Shown here piece by piece: positions 16,383 through 23,139 of a stretch of 28,116 bases of DNA. Origin of the DNA: a virus. Its lineage: Duplodnaviria; Caudoviricetes. Made by a program: the position numbers and the translations under genes. Below the pieces are notes generated by a model, which was not told the DNA's origin, ran no database searches, and saw only the letters and a list, made by a program, of their open reading frames with translations. The stretch spans positions 1 through 28,116 of the IMG/VR virus record IMGVR_UViG_3300021560_001198; one strand, 5' to 3'. Position 1 is the first letter of the stretch. The number at the start of each line of letters is the position of its first letter.

Positions 16383-16575
16383 ATCCCTCTCCTTTCGCCG
16401 CGTCATAGATCCCCGCCGTACCGCCCGAAGGGCGGACGAACTGCCAGCACGTTAAGTTGTTGGCGAGCCTGTAAGGGCCATTGAGGCCGAGCTCGCGACA
16501 GCGCGCCTCCCACTTCTTAAAGGAGTCCCAGTCATTTTTGCCTGTCTCCCGGAAGAATTCAATGGTCTCGCTCAT
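16360..16575 (-). CDS. 71-aa hypothetical protein
   Basis: MSETIEFFRE...; ATGA-coupled to the lipoprotein stop; GAGGAGG RBS. Confidence 0.65.
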   Translation of the reverse strand: MSETIEFFRETGKNDWDSFKKWEARCRELGLNGPYRLANNLTCWQFVRPSGGTAGIYDAAKGEGYVFVQPN

Positions 16576-16796
16576 TCCTCCTCTCCTTCCGTGCAGTGTT
16601 TCATCAGCCAGCGGCCCTGGCTGTGGTAGACGTAGGTGTCGTGGGGGGTGACGTGGCAGTTGGAGCGGGAGAGGCACTCCTCGTAGGACTGGACGGCGAG
16701 CTGGGCTCGAGCGCAGGTCTGCTTCGCCGGCGGCGGAGCTGAGTGGCAGCCGGCGAGGAGGCCGGCTGCTATGATGGTGTACTGGTAGCGGTTCAT
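16572..16796 (-). CDS. Small lipoprotein
   Basis: Signal peptide II with lipobox LLAGC; four further Cys in the mature part. Confidence 0.75.
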   Translation of the reverse strand: MNRYQYTIIAAGLLAGCHSAPPPAKQTCARAQLAVQSYEECLSRSNCHVTPHDTYVYHSQGRWLMKHCTEGEEE

Positions 16797-17002
16797 GACT
16801 TAGGTTCCCCATTCAAGCCTGTAAAGACGCAGTTGTGGAAGGAGTGGAAGGAAGAGGAAAAGCTTCGACTGGCCGTAATCTGTGCCATGATGAAGCAGAG
16901 GAGACCTTCCAGGTCCATGTCCTCCATCCCTACCATATAGTGAAGCCCAATCACCAGCCAAGCGATGGCGAGGAGGTTGCTGAGGGTGAAGAAGTGCTTC
17001 AT
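16793..17002 (-). CDS. Small membrane protein
   Basis: Hydrophobic LSNLLAIAWLVIGLHYMVG and LLCFIMA; ATGA-coupled on both sides. Confidence 0.6.
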   Translation of the reverse strand: MKHFFTLSNLLAIAWLVIGLHYMVGMEDMDLEGLLCFIMAQITASRSFSSSFHSFHNCVFTGLNGEPKS

Positions 17003-18495
17003 GATTTGCGTGCTCCGTAGGTGAAGGTGAGCTTGGCCCGAGTTATCGCTACGTAGTGGAGATTGTCTTCCTGCCGCAGCGCCGCCTCCTCCTTAACCCA
17101 CCAGGGGCGGAGGAGGTCGGGGCGGATCAGCCAGGCATGCTCAGCCTCCAGCCCCTTCGCCTTGTGGATGGTGGAGAAGATCGGCCCGGTGCGGCCCTCT
17201 TGGAGCTGGCGCAGCAGCCCGAGCACCTCGGCGGTGAACTGGAAGCCTTCGCAGAGTGCGTAGATGGTCTGGGCCTTGTCCTGGATGGCGGCGATCTTCC
17301 ACTCCATCCCCTTGGACTCGGCGGCGTAGACCTCCCTGCGTTCCCAGATATCCACCGCCTTCAGGAGCCCGGGGATGTCCTCTCGGTTGCGCTTCTTGAT
17401 GAAAGAGGCCAGACCGTCGAGGGCGTTGCTCAGCACCCGACAGGGCCGTCTGGCCCTGACGTGGCGCATGATGGCGGAAAAGAGCGGGGCATTGTTCCTA
17501 CACATCACCAGCATGTCGTCCGGGAAGAGCTCGGGATCATTCCCTTCCTCAGTGAATCGCACTGCACCCTCCGGCGCACCGTCCCGGTGTTGGATGTCTG
17601 GGACAAGCTTTTGGGCTTCCAGAATGACCTGCCGGCTGCAGCGGTAGCTGATGTTCAGCGGGAGTGTACGCATGCGGAAGTGGGAGACGAGGAGGTCCAT
17701 CGAGTCGGAGAGGGCGCCCCGGAAGCCGTAGATGGCCTGGTTGGGATCCCCTACTGCGATCAGCCGCCCGTTGCGGGCCAGCTCCTCGATGAAGAGGTGC
17801 TGGATTCGGTTGAGATCCTGCGCCTCATCCACCATCACGGTGGGGAAGTGGGGGAACTCCCAGCGGTGCAGGACTGGGCCGTAGATCTGGTCGTCGAAGT
17901 CGAAGGTGGAGGTGTCCTGTTGCCCGTGGAGGAAGACCCGGTTGGCCCAGAATGACAGCTCTTCCACATCCCCATCATCTACATCCCAGTCCCCATTCGT
18001 GATGGAGTGGGAGAAGTCTCCCGGCTGACTCTCACTCTCCAGCCCGAGCCCGGAGCCCTTGGCGGAGGAGATGAGACGCTGGATGAGGTAGCCGAACTTC
18101 TTCCTCTGCTCATCCGGCAGCAGCTTCTCAACGAGGGCTTCGGTCTTGCGGGCGTCGAGGCGAGCCCGGGGGAAGTTGAGCATCCAGAGGCGATGGCCGA
18201 GAGCGTTGATTGTCTTCGCCTCGCCCTTCTTGAGCCGGCCTCGGATATGCTCAGCGATGGATTTGTTGAAGGCCAAGAAGATGGAGGGCTGAGTGGCGAG
18301 GCCGGCGCTGTGGAGAAGGGTGGTGGTCTTGGCGGCGCCGGCGCCCGCCTTGACGCAGAGGGGAGTTTCGCCGCCCGAGACGGCGGCGAAGATGACCGTC
18401 TGGAGAGGGCTCCAGGCGAATCGCCGGTCTTCCGGCGCGGGTTCGCCGCCCTCGGGATGGTTGGCCTGCATGAGGCTCTGGAGGAGAGGATTCAT
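16999..18495 (-). CDS. UvrD/Rep-like SF1 helicase
   Basis: AGAGAAKTT, LAFNK, VDEAQD, VGDPNQAIYGFRGA, SYRC, STIHKAKGLE, YVAITRAK. Confidence 0.92.
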   Translation of the reverse strand: MNPLLQSLMQANHPEGGEPAPEDRRFAWSPLQTVIFAAVSGGETPLCVKAGAGAAKTTTLLHSAGLATQPSIFLAFNKSIAEHIRGRLKKGEAKTINALGHRLWMLNFPRARLDARKTEALVEKLLPDEQRKKFGYLIQRLISSAKGSGLGLESESQPGDFSHSITNGDWDVDDGDVEELSFWANRVFLHGQQDTSTFDFDDQIYGPVLHRWEFPHFPTVMVDEAQDLNRIQHLFIEELARNGRLIAVGDPNQAIYGFRGALSDSMDLLVSHFRMRTLPLNISYRCSRQVILEAQKLVPDIQHRDGAPEGAVRFTEEGNDPELFPDDMLVMCRNNAPLFSAIMRHVRARRPCRVLSNALDGLASFIKKRNREDIPGLLKAVDIWERREVYAAESKGMEWKIAAIQDKAQTIYALCEGFQFTAEVLGLLRQLQEGRTGPIFSTIHKAKGLEAEHAWLIRPDLLRPWWVKEEAALRQEDNLHYVAITRAKLTFTYGARKS

Positions 18496-18677
18496 GTGGG
18501 TATCTCCTCTTCCGGGTAGCAGAACTCGAGCCGGTCGGTGAGAATGTCACTGGCGATTTGAGCCAGTGCAACCGCGTCTCCGACTGAATGGTCCGGCCTA
18601 GGCCAGACGAATAGAGTCTCTAGCACCTCGCCGTCGAGGCTGGCGATGATTACTTTCACCACGGGTGTAGCTTTCAT
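18492..18677 (-). CDS. 61-aa acidic hypothetical protein
   Basis: ATGA-coupled on both sides; AAGGA RBS. Confidence 0.65.
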   Translation of the reverse strand: MKATPVVKVIIASLDGEVLETLFVWPRPDHSVGDAVALAQIASDILTDRLEFCYPEEEIPT

Positions 18678-18886
18678 TTGAGTCCTTCCTCCGGGTAGCC
18701 GGCGGCGTAGTCGGGCCGCAAGTGGGCCTGATTACCATCACAGTGCCCCTTCAGGTAGAAGCAATAGGCGAGACGCTTGTCGTCCTCGGTGAACTTCTCC
18801 GGACCTGCCGGGCCTGCGATGGCTCGGGCGGTGGAGAGGAACTCGAGCCAGCGCGCGTCGAAGCTAGCCCTTGGGTTGAGAGTCAT
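18674..18886 (-). CDS. 70-aa hypothetical protein
   Basis: In the coupled minus-strand chain; purine-rich RBS. Confidence 0.6.
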   Translation of the reverse strand: MTLNPRASFDARWLEFLSTARAIAGPAGPEKFTEDDKRLAYCFYLKGHCDGNQAHLRPDYAAGYPEEGLK

Positions 18887-19280
18887 CTTCTTTCTCCTCT
18901 TCGCCCGACGTGCCGGGCTTTCGTTTTAGACTGGCGGCGAGCTGGCGGATCGACTCAGCGTAGTCCTCCGGGCTGGTGGTCGGCGGCGCCGGCTTCTCCT
19001 CGATAACGTCGACCAGATGGGCAAGCTCGTCCGGGCTGAGCGCCTGCGGGTTCGCCCGCTCCAGAGCCATCTGGCTCTCGATTTCCTGATCGGTGGGAAT
19101 GTGGCCGTACTCCTGCCAAGACTCCCCCCGCACGATCCTCCCCACCTGCCCTACGGAGAGGTGGAAGGCGCGGGCGAGCGAGCCCTGGGTCTCGCCGCGA
19201 GCGTAGCGCTCGCGCATGGCGAGCACTTGGTCGGCGGTGATGCGGGCGGCGCGCTTGTGGCCGAGTTGGAACTTAGTCAT
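18864..19280 (-). CDS. HTH DNA-binding protein
   Basis: ITADQVLAMRERYARGETQGSLARAFHLSVGQVGRIVRGESW is an HTH of the kind found at phage HNH C-termini; GGAGGA RBS before the ATG at 19280. Confidence 0.75.
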   Translation of the reverse strand: MTKFQLGHKRAARITADQVLAMRERYARGETQGSLARAFHLSVGQVGRIVRGESWQEYGHIPTDQEIESQMALERANPQALSPDELAHLVDVIEEKPAPPTTSPEDYAESIRQLAASLKRKPGTSGEEEKEDDSQPKG

Positions 19281-19494
19281 TCTGATCCTCCAAGTCCGGG
19301 TCCGGGCCGAGGTCGAGTTCTTGCTGGCCGGCTTCGGCCAACAGCCGGCGCCCAATCTCTTCAGCGATGGCGGCAGCGGGATGCTCCTGGCGATGGTAGC
19401 GGTGCTCGCACCAGCAGGTGCACTTGGGGCGCCGGGCGTCCCGGCAGGCGTTCGCGTGCCGCACTACGGTCGAGGCGATGCTGAACTTGTTCAT
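19273..19494 (-). CDS. 73-aa Cys/His-rich putative Zn-binding protein
   Basis: HANACRDARRPKCTCWCEHRYH; GGAGGA RBS before the ATG at 19494. Confidence 0.65.
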   Translation of the reverse strand: MNKFSIASTVVRHANACRDARRPKCTCWCEHRYHRQEHPAAAIAEEIGRRLLAEAGQQELDLGPDPDLEDQND

Positions 19495-19527
19495 CGTCTG
19501 AGTCCTCCGAAGTGAGAGTGGATCCAT

Positions 19528-19558
19528 CGAACCACGCGCCTCCCTGCGCGTGGATTCG
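19528..19558. other. Intergenic stem-loop
   Basis: CGAA-CCACGCGC-CTCCCT-GCGCGTGG-A-TTCG; no U-tract. Confidence 0.5.
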
Positions 19559-19568
19559 GTTGAGCCGC

Positions 19569-20003
19569 TCAGGAGGCGATAGCAACCTTCTTGATGTCGA
19601 TCAGCCCCCTCCCCCAGAGATAGCCGATGAAATAGCCTTGCCGGCCGGTCTGCCCCATCGCCTTGCAGAGGGTGGCCATGCCGGCGTAGGAGATCGTCTC
19701 CCCCTTCATCTCCCTGACGTTCTTCCAAACCTTCCCCGCCATCGAGTCGGTGCGGAGCTGGAGCTTCGCCTCCCGGTTGATGAGGTAGACGCGGGAGCCG
19801 TCGGCGAGCGTCCCACCGTCGCCCTTCTCCCGCCAATAGCGGAAGCCGTTGACGGCAGGCTTGCGGGGTGCCTCGGCGGCGGGTCGGCGGCGAGGAGCGG
19901 AGAGAATCATAACCGCCTCCAGCATCAGCGTCTCTTGCAGGTCCTTTCGGAGCAGCGGCACTATCTCATTCCAATCAATCATCGACTTGAGTTGAGTCTT
20001 CAT
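19569..20003 (-). CDS. 144-aa basic hypothetical protein
   Basis: GAGGT RBS; in the minus-strand early chain. Confidence 0.65.
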   Translation of the reverse strand: MKTQLKSMIDWNEIVPLLRKDLQETLMLEAVMILSAPRRRPAAEAPRKPAVNGFRYWREKGDGGTLADGSRVYLINREAKLQLRTDSMAGKVWKNVREMKGETISYAGMATLCKAMGQTGRQGYFIGYLWGRGLIDIKKVAIAS

Positions 20004-20184
20004 ATACCTCTATCCCTTGTGACAGAACATAGTTGAGCAGGTTGGCCAGGTCTCGCCGCTCGTCCGGCGTCAGCGACCTGTAATCATAGAGCTTCTTCTC
20101 AATCTCTTTGAGGCGCGCCCAGTAGTGGGATTCGAGCTGGTAGCCAAGCACGGGTTTGCCCCCGGCTGGAAGCCGGCTGCACAT
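19975..20184 (-). CDS. 69-aa hypothetical protein
   Basis: TGATG-coupled to the upstream gene; GGAGGT nearby. Confidence 0.55.
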   Translation of the reverse strand: MCSRLPAGGKPVLGYQLESHYWARLKEIEKKLYDYRSLTPDERRDLANLLNYVLSQGIEVYEDSTQVDD

Positions 20185-20663
20185 CAGGCCACCTCCTCGC
20201 CGTCTGGCGAGCAGCGCACCTCATAGATGGGCTGCTCGACGAGCTTCGTGCCGACCTTTACCCGGCGGCAGACGGTGGAGGAGAAGCTGAGATAGACCTC
20301 GACGCCGGGAACTCGCCCGCCGTCTTCGGTGCCGGTGTGGAGGTAGAAGGAGCCGGACCAAGAGGTTTCGAGGGCTGCGGGCCGGGTGTCGGCGGTGTAC
20401 CAGCCCCGGAGCCGAAGGCTCCGCCACACCCTTGTGAGGAGGGAGCGGCTGCCCGTGACGTTCAGAGAGACGTAGGAGCCGAACGAGCCCGCCCCTGTCT
20501 CGAGAGTTTCGCCTTCCGAGAGGGCGGCCTGTATCGCCACCAGGGATTGGAAGAGGGGGAGATAGTGGTGCTGGGTGGCGATCCACTTCTGCTCGACCTC
20601 GGCGGCGCGCTCGATGCGGCGCAGAAGGTCGGCGTGGATGCTGGCGGATATGCTTGTGTTCAT
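20184..20663 (-). CDS. 159-aa hypothetical early protein
   Basis: First gene after the promoter at 20710-20738; GAGGA RBS; C-terminal CRRVKVGTKLVEQPIYEVRC. Confidence 0.7.
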   Translation of the reverse strand: MNTSISASIHADLLRRIERAAEVEQKWIATQHHYLPLFQSLVAIQAALSEGETLETGAGSFGSYVSLNVTGSRSLLTRVWRSLRLRGWYTADTRPAALETSWSGSFYLHTGTEDGGRVPGVEVYLSFSSTVCRRVKVGTKLVEQPIYEVRCSPDGEEVA

Positions 20664-20709
20664 GGGAGTGAGTCCTCGTGTGGCGGGAATGGAGTTGTGC
20701 CACGCCCCG

Positions 20710-20750
20710 ATTATCCGGCGGCGCGGCGGGCCTGTCAACCAAGACCTCTC
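20710..20750 (-). promoter_or_regulatory. Near-consensus sigma70 promoter with upstream GAGAGGTCTTGG box
   Basis: TTGACA-N17-GATAAT. Confidence 0.8.
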
Positions 20751-21185
20751 CTCATCTTCCCTCCCCCTCCTTCCTCATCCTCCTCCTCTCTCCTCCTCCT
20801 CTCCCTCCTGTCTACGCATGGCGTATGGATGTTTTCCCCCGCCCGGTTCCGGGCGCCTCGAATCCCAGCCTCCTAGCATATCCGAGTCTGCGAGGATATG
20901 GGCGCCGAATGTGCAAGGCTCTGCTTCGAAACAGGCGCCTGTTATCCTTCTTGTCTTATAAGAAAAAAAAAAATAAAAAAAATCCCTTAGAGGTAGGGGG
21001 CGCCTGTTATTCGCCAGCTGCGAGGATACTGGCGCCGGGAATGGGCGGGCATGAAACATCCATGAGCCATGCGAGAGTAGGAGGAGTAGGAGGAGGGATG
21101 ATCTGGCGCCTGTTACCTCTCAGAAACCGAGCCCGAGCCCGAGCCCGAGCCCGAGAAGGGTCGGCTTCTGCAGCGCTCCGAGCCT
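20751..21185. repeat. Non-coding repeat-rich region, putative replication origin or genome-end control region
   Basis: Imperfect inverted arms, six GGCGCC boxes, three GGCGCCTGTTA direct repeats, a central A-tract, a pyrimidine tract and a (CCCGAG)n run. Confidence 0.6.
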
Positions 21186-21186
21186 G

Positions 21187-21231
21187 AGAGAGAAGGCGGG
21201 AGGGGGTGCATTCCCTGCACCCCGCCCCGCC
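21187..21231 (-). terminator. Probable intrinsic terminator of paralog B
   Basis: Minus strand GGCGGGG-C-GGGGTGCA-GGGAA-TGCACCCC-C-TCCCGCC followed by TTCTCTCT, just after the stop at 21240. Confidence 0.6.
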
Positions 21232-21239
21232 CCCCGTCC

Positions 21240-21830
21240 TTATTGCGGCTTCCGCAATGCGGCGAGCTTGGCCTTCAGCCCAGTGATGTCCGTCCCGCCC
21301 CCCGCCGCCGCCTCGATCGCGTCGAGGTGCGGCTTCACCTCCGGGTCCACCCGCAGGGCCGCCCTATCCTTCCCCGACATCGCCCGCACCGCCTCCTCCG
21401 CCGCGCCCGCGTCGAGACCGAAGGCCGCGATCAGCGCATTGATGAGGTTGCGGACATCCACCGACAGGCTCGAAACGGGGCTTGCCATGTCCCAGGCTTC
21501 CGTGCCACTCGCGAAGTGCGCGATCAGGGCCGCGATCTCCGCCCGCTTCTCCTCCGTGCTTGCCGACGTGACCTTCCCGCCCGTTGTCGTGCGGGAGAGT
21601 GCGCCCTTGTCCCTGAGCCTGTCCATCATCCCCATTACAAAGGCCCGATCCCGCACCGCACCCGACAGCGAGGCGAATTCGAGCCGCAGCGGCTCAAGCA
21701 GCCTCTCGGTTACGAATCCGTCGCCCTGCCTCTTGATGGTCCGAAAGTGGACCGTGATGCCGGTTGCGTCCGGCGCGAAGGCCACCGTTGCATTGCCCCG
21801 GAACGCCAGCGTCGTCGTATTGCCAGTCAT
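21240..21830 (-). CDS. 196-aa hypothetical protein, paralog B
   Basis: GGAGG RBS before the ATG at 21830; C-terminal LRVDPEVKPHLDAIEAA...TDITGLKAKLAAL aligns with 14800-15429. Confidence 0.75.
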   Translation of the reverse strand: MTGNTTTLAFRGNATVAFAPDATGITVHFRTIKRQGDGFVTERLLEPLRLEFASLSGAVRDRAFVMGMMDRLRDKGALSRTTTGGKVTSASTEEKRAEIAALIAHFASGTEAWDMASPVSSLSVDVRNLINALIAAFGLDAGAAEEAVRAMSGKDRAALRVDPEVKPHLDAIEAAAGGGTDITGLKAKLAALRKPQ

Positions 21831-21932
21831 GTGTGAGCCCTCCATCGTGCCGAGATTGGCACGGGGACCAGCACGCATGCCGCATGCGGGTTCCGGTGCC
21901 GACCTGTTTGGATGGAGAATGCCCACGTGCGA

Positions 21933-21962
21933 ACGGTAGCATGGGAACGGGTGGCGTTGCAA
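21933..21962 (-). promoter_or_regulatory. Possible promoter for paralog B
   Basis: TTGCAA-N18-TACCGT with extended TG. Confidence 0.4.
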
Positions 21963-22183
21963 GCTCCGCGTGCGCCTCCGAATATTTCAGGTGTAACATT
22001 GCCGCACTGCAACAGGGTGGTGGGGGTGGCATGCCGCTTGCAAGGTATGCCGCCGGCCTGGCTGACGGCGTGTCGGCGCCAGCCGGCGGTGCGGCTGCGC
22101 CACTGGGCCGGGAGGGGGAAAAATCCGCTGACGACTCGCGCGCGCCGAATGCGTCTTCGCGAACTGGCTCAGATCCCATTTCA

Positions 22184-22214
22184 GGCGCCTCTTATCCCTC
22201 CGATAATAGGCGCC
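22184..22214. promoter_or_regulatory. 31-bp palindromic site, copy 3
   Basis: GGCGCC-TC-TTAT-CCCTCCG-ATAA-TA-GGCGCC in the divergent intergenic region. Confidence 0.65.
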
Positions 22215-22267
22215 AGTCTCGCAAAGCCTCGACTCGGCGGAATCCTCGCAGACTCGGATCTCGCCAC

Positions 22268-22315
22268 AAGACCTCGTCGGTCTTGATTGACACCTCGCCG
22301 CCGGCATGCGACAAT
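22268..22315 (+). promoter_or_regulatory. sigma70-type promoter for the packaging/virion operon with AAGACC-N5-GGTCTT palindrome
   Basis: TTGACA(22287)-N17-GACAAT with extended TG. Confidence 0.7.
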
Positions 22316-22385
22316 CGCCATGCTGCAGCTTTCGCTTGCCGCCGGCCCCGCGAGCCGGGCAAGCACAGACTGGGGGTAAAGGAAT

Positions 22386-23072
22386 GTGAATCCTCTGCTC
22401 GCCCGCCTCGTAGCGGGCACTCCTAGCTCGGAGACCGCCGGGCCATCTCCCCTTGCGCCGGCGGCAAAGCCTCCCATCCAGAAGCTCCGTTACACGCACG
22501 AAGCTCTCCTCGACATCCTGATCGTCGAGCCTTGGATTAGCCAGAATGAGCTGGCGGCGCGCTTCGGCATGTCCGCCTCCTGGATCTCCACGATCATCTG
22601 CTCCGACCTCTTCCAGAGCCGCTTGGCGGCTCGCCGCGAGCAGCTCGTCGACCCCGAGGTCCGCTTCTCCATCAAGACGCAGATGGAGGGGCTGCTGGCT
22701 CGGAGCATGGAAGTGCTGAGGCATAAGCTTAACGCCGACCCCGACCAGGTGCCAGATCGCCTCGCCGTGCAGGTGGCGACAATGGCGGGAAAGAACCTGG
22801 GGATGCAGGCCCCGCCGTCCGTCTCCGTCCAGGAGACGCACGTTCACCTCGAAGAACTTGGACAGAACCTCGTCGGCCTCCTGCGGAGGCGGCGATCGGA
22901 GACCTACGATGTCGAAACCAACTCTGAAGGGCATCCACAATGCGAGCCGGGGTGTGCCGCCGACTTGCGAGCTGGCCCACCGCTCCAAGGACTCCTGCCT
23001 CCCAGTCACCTCGGGGTACAGCCCGAAGGGCAAGAAGCCGGCGTTCCTGGCGAACCCGGGCTTCCAGGTTAA
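22386..23072 (+). CDS. HTH protein, putative terminase small subunit
   Basis: ISQNELAARFGMSASWISTII HTH followed by helical segments; first gene of the + strand structural block; TAAAGGA RBS. The function is inferred from position. Confidence 0.55.
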   Translation: MNPLLARLVAGTPSSETAGPSPLAPAAKPPIQKLRYTHEALLDILIVEPWISQNELAARFGMSASWISTIICSDLFQSRLAARREQLVDPEVRFSIKTQMEGLLARSMEVLRHKLNADPDQVPDRLAVQVATMAGKNLGMQAPPSVSVQETHVHLEELGQNLVGLLRRRRSETYDVETNSEGHPQCEPGCAADLRAGPPLQGLLPPSHLGVQPEGQEAGVPGEPGLPG

Positions 23073-23139
23073 GCAGCATCCACCTACCCCCTCCCGCCCG
23101 CTTCGCCAGCACCAGACGATGAAGCGAGGGAGGATATGA
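22909..23139 (+). CDS. 76-aa basic Pro-rich protein overlapping the previous gene
   Basis: GGAGA RBS before the ATG at 22909; ATGA-coupled to the next gene. Confidence 0.5.
   Translation: MSKPTLKGIHNASRGVPPTCELAHRSKDSCLPVTSGYSPKGKKPAFLANPGFQVKQHPPTPSRPLRQHQTMKRGRI

Noticed and set aside
15564-18677. Paralogy between the 58-aa (IRVRITIHDESGQLLSQF) and 61-aa (VVKVIIASLDGEVLETL) ORFs
   Set aside because: Only a generic beta-hairpin pattern is shared, too short to support homology without a profile search.
20575-21187. ORFs across the origin-like region (poly-Lys, RARARA, FFFF)
   Set aside because: These are translations of low-complexity DNA repeats with no convincing RBS or protein-like composition.
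5022-22214. 31-bp palindromes as tyrosine-recombinase (lox/dif/att-like) crossover sites
   Set aside because: The 7-bp spacers differ between all three copies, which normally prevents recombination, and no recombinase is present in the window. Kept only as binding sites.
21987-23033. 348-aa minus-strand ORF
   Set aside because: Antisense to the HTH gene and runs through the promoter/palindrome region; no recognisable motifs.
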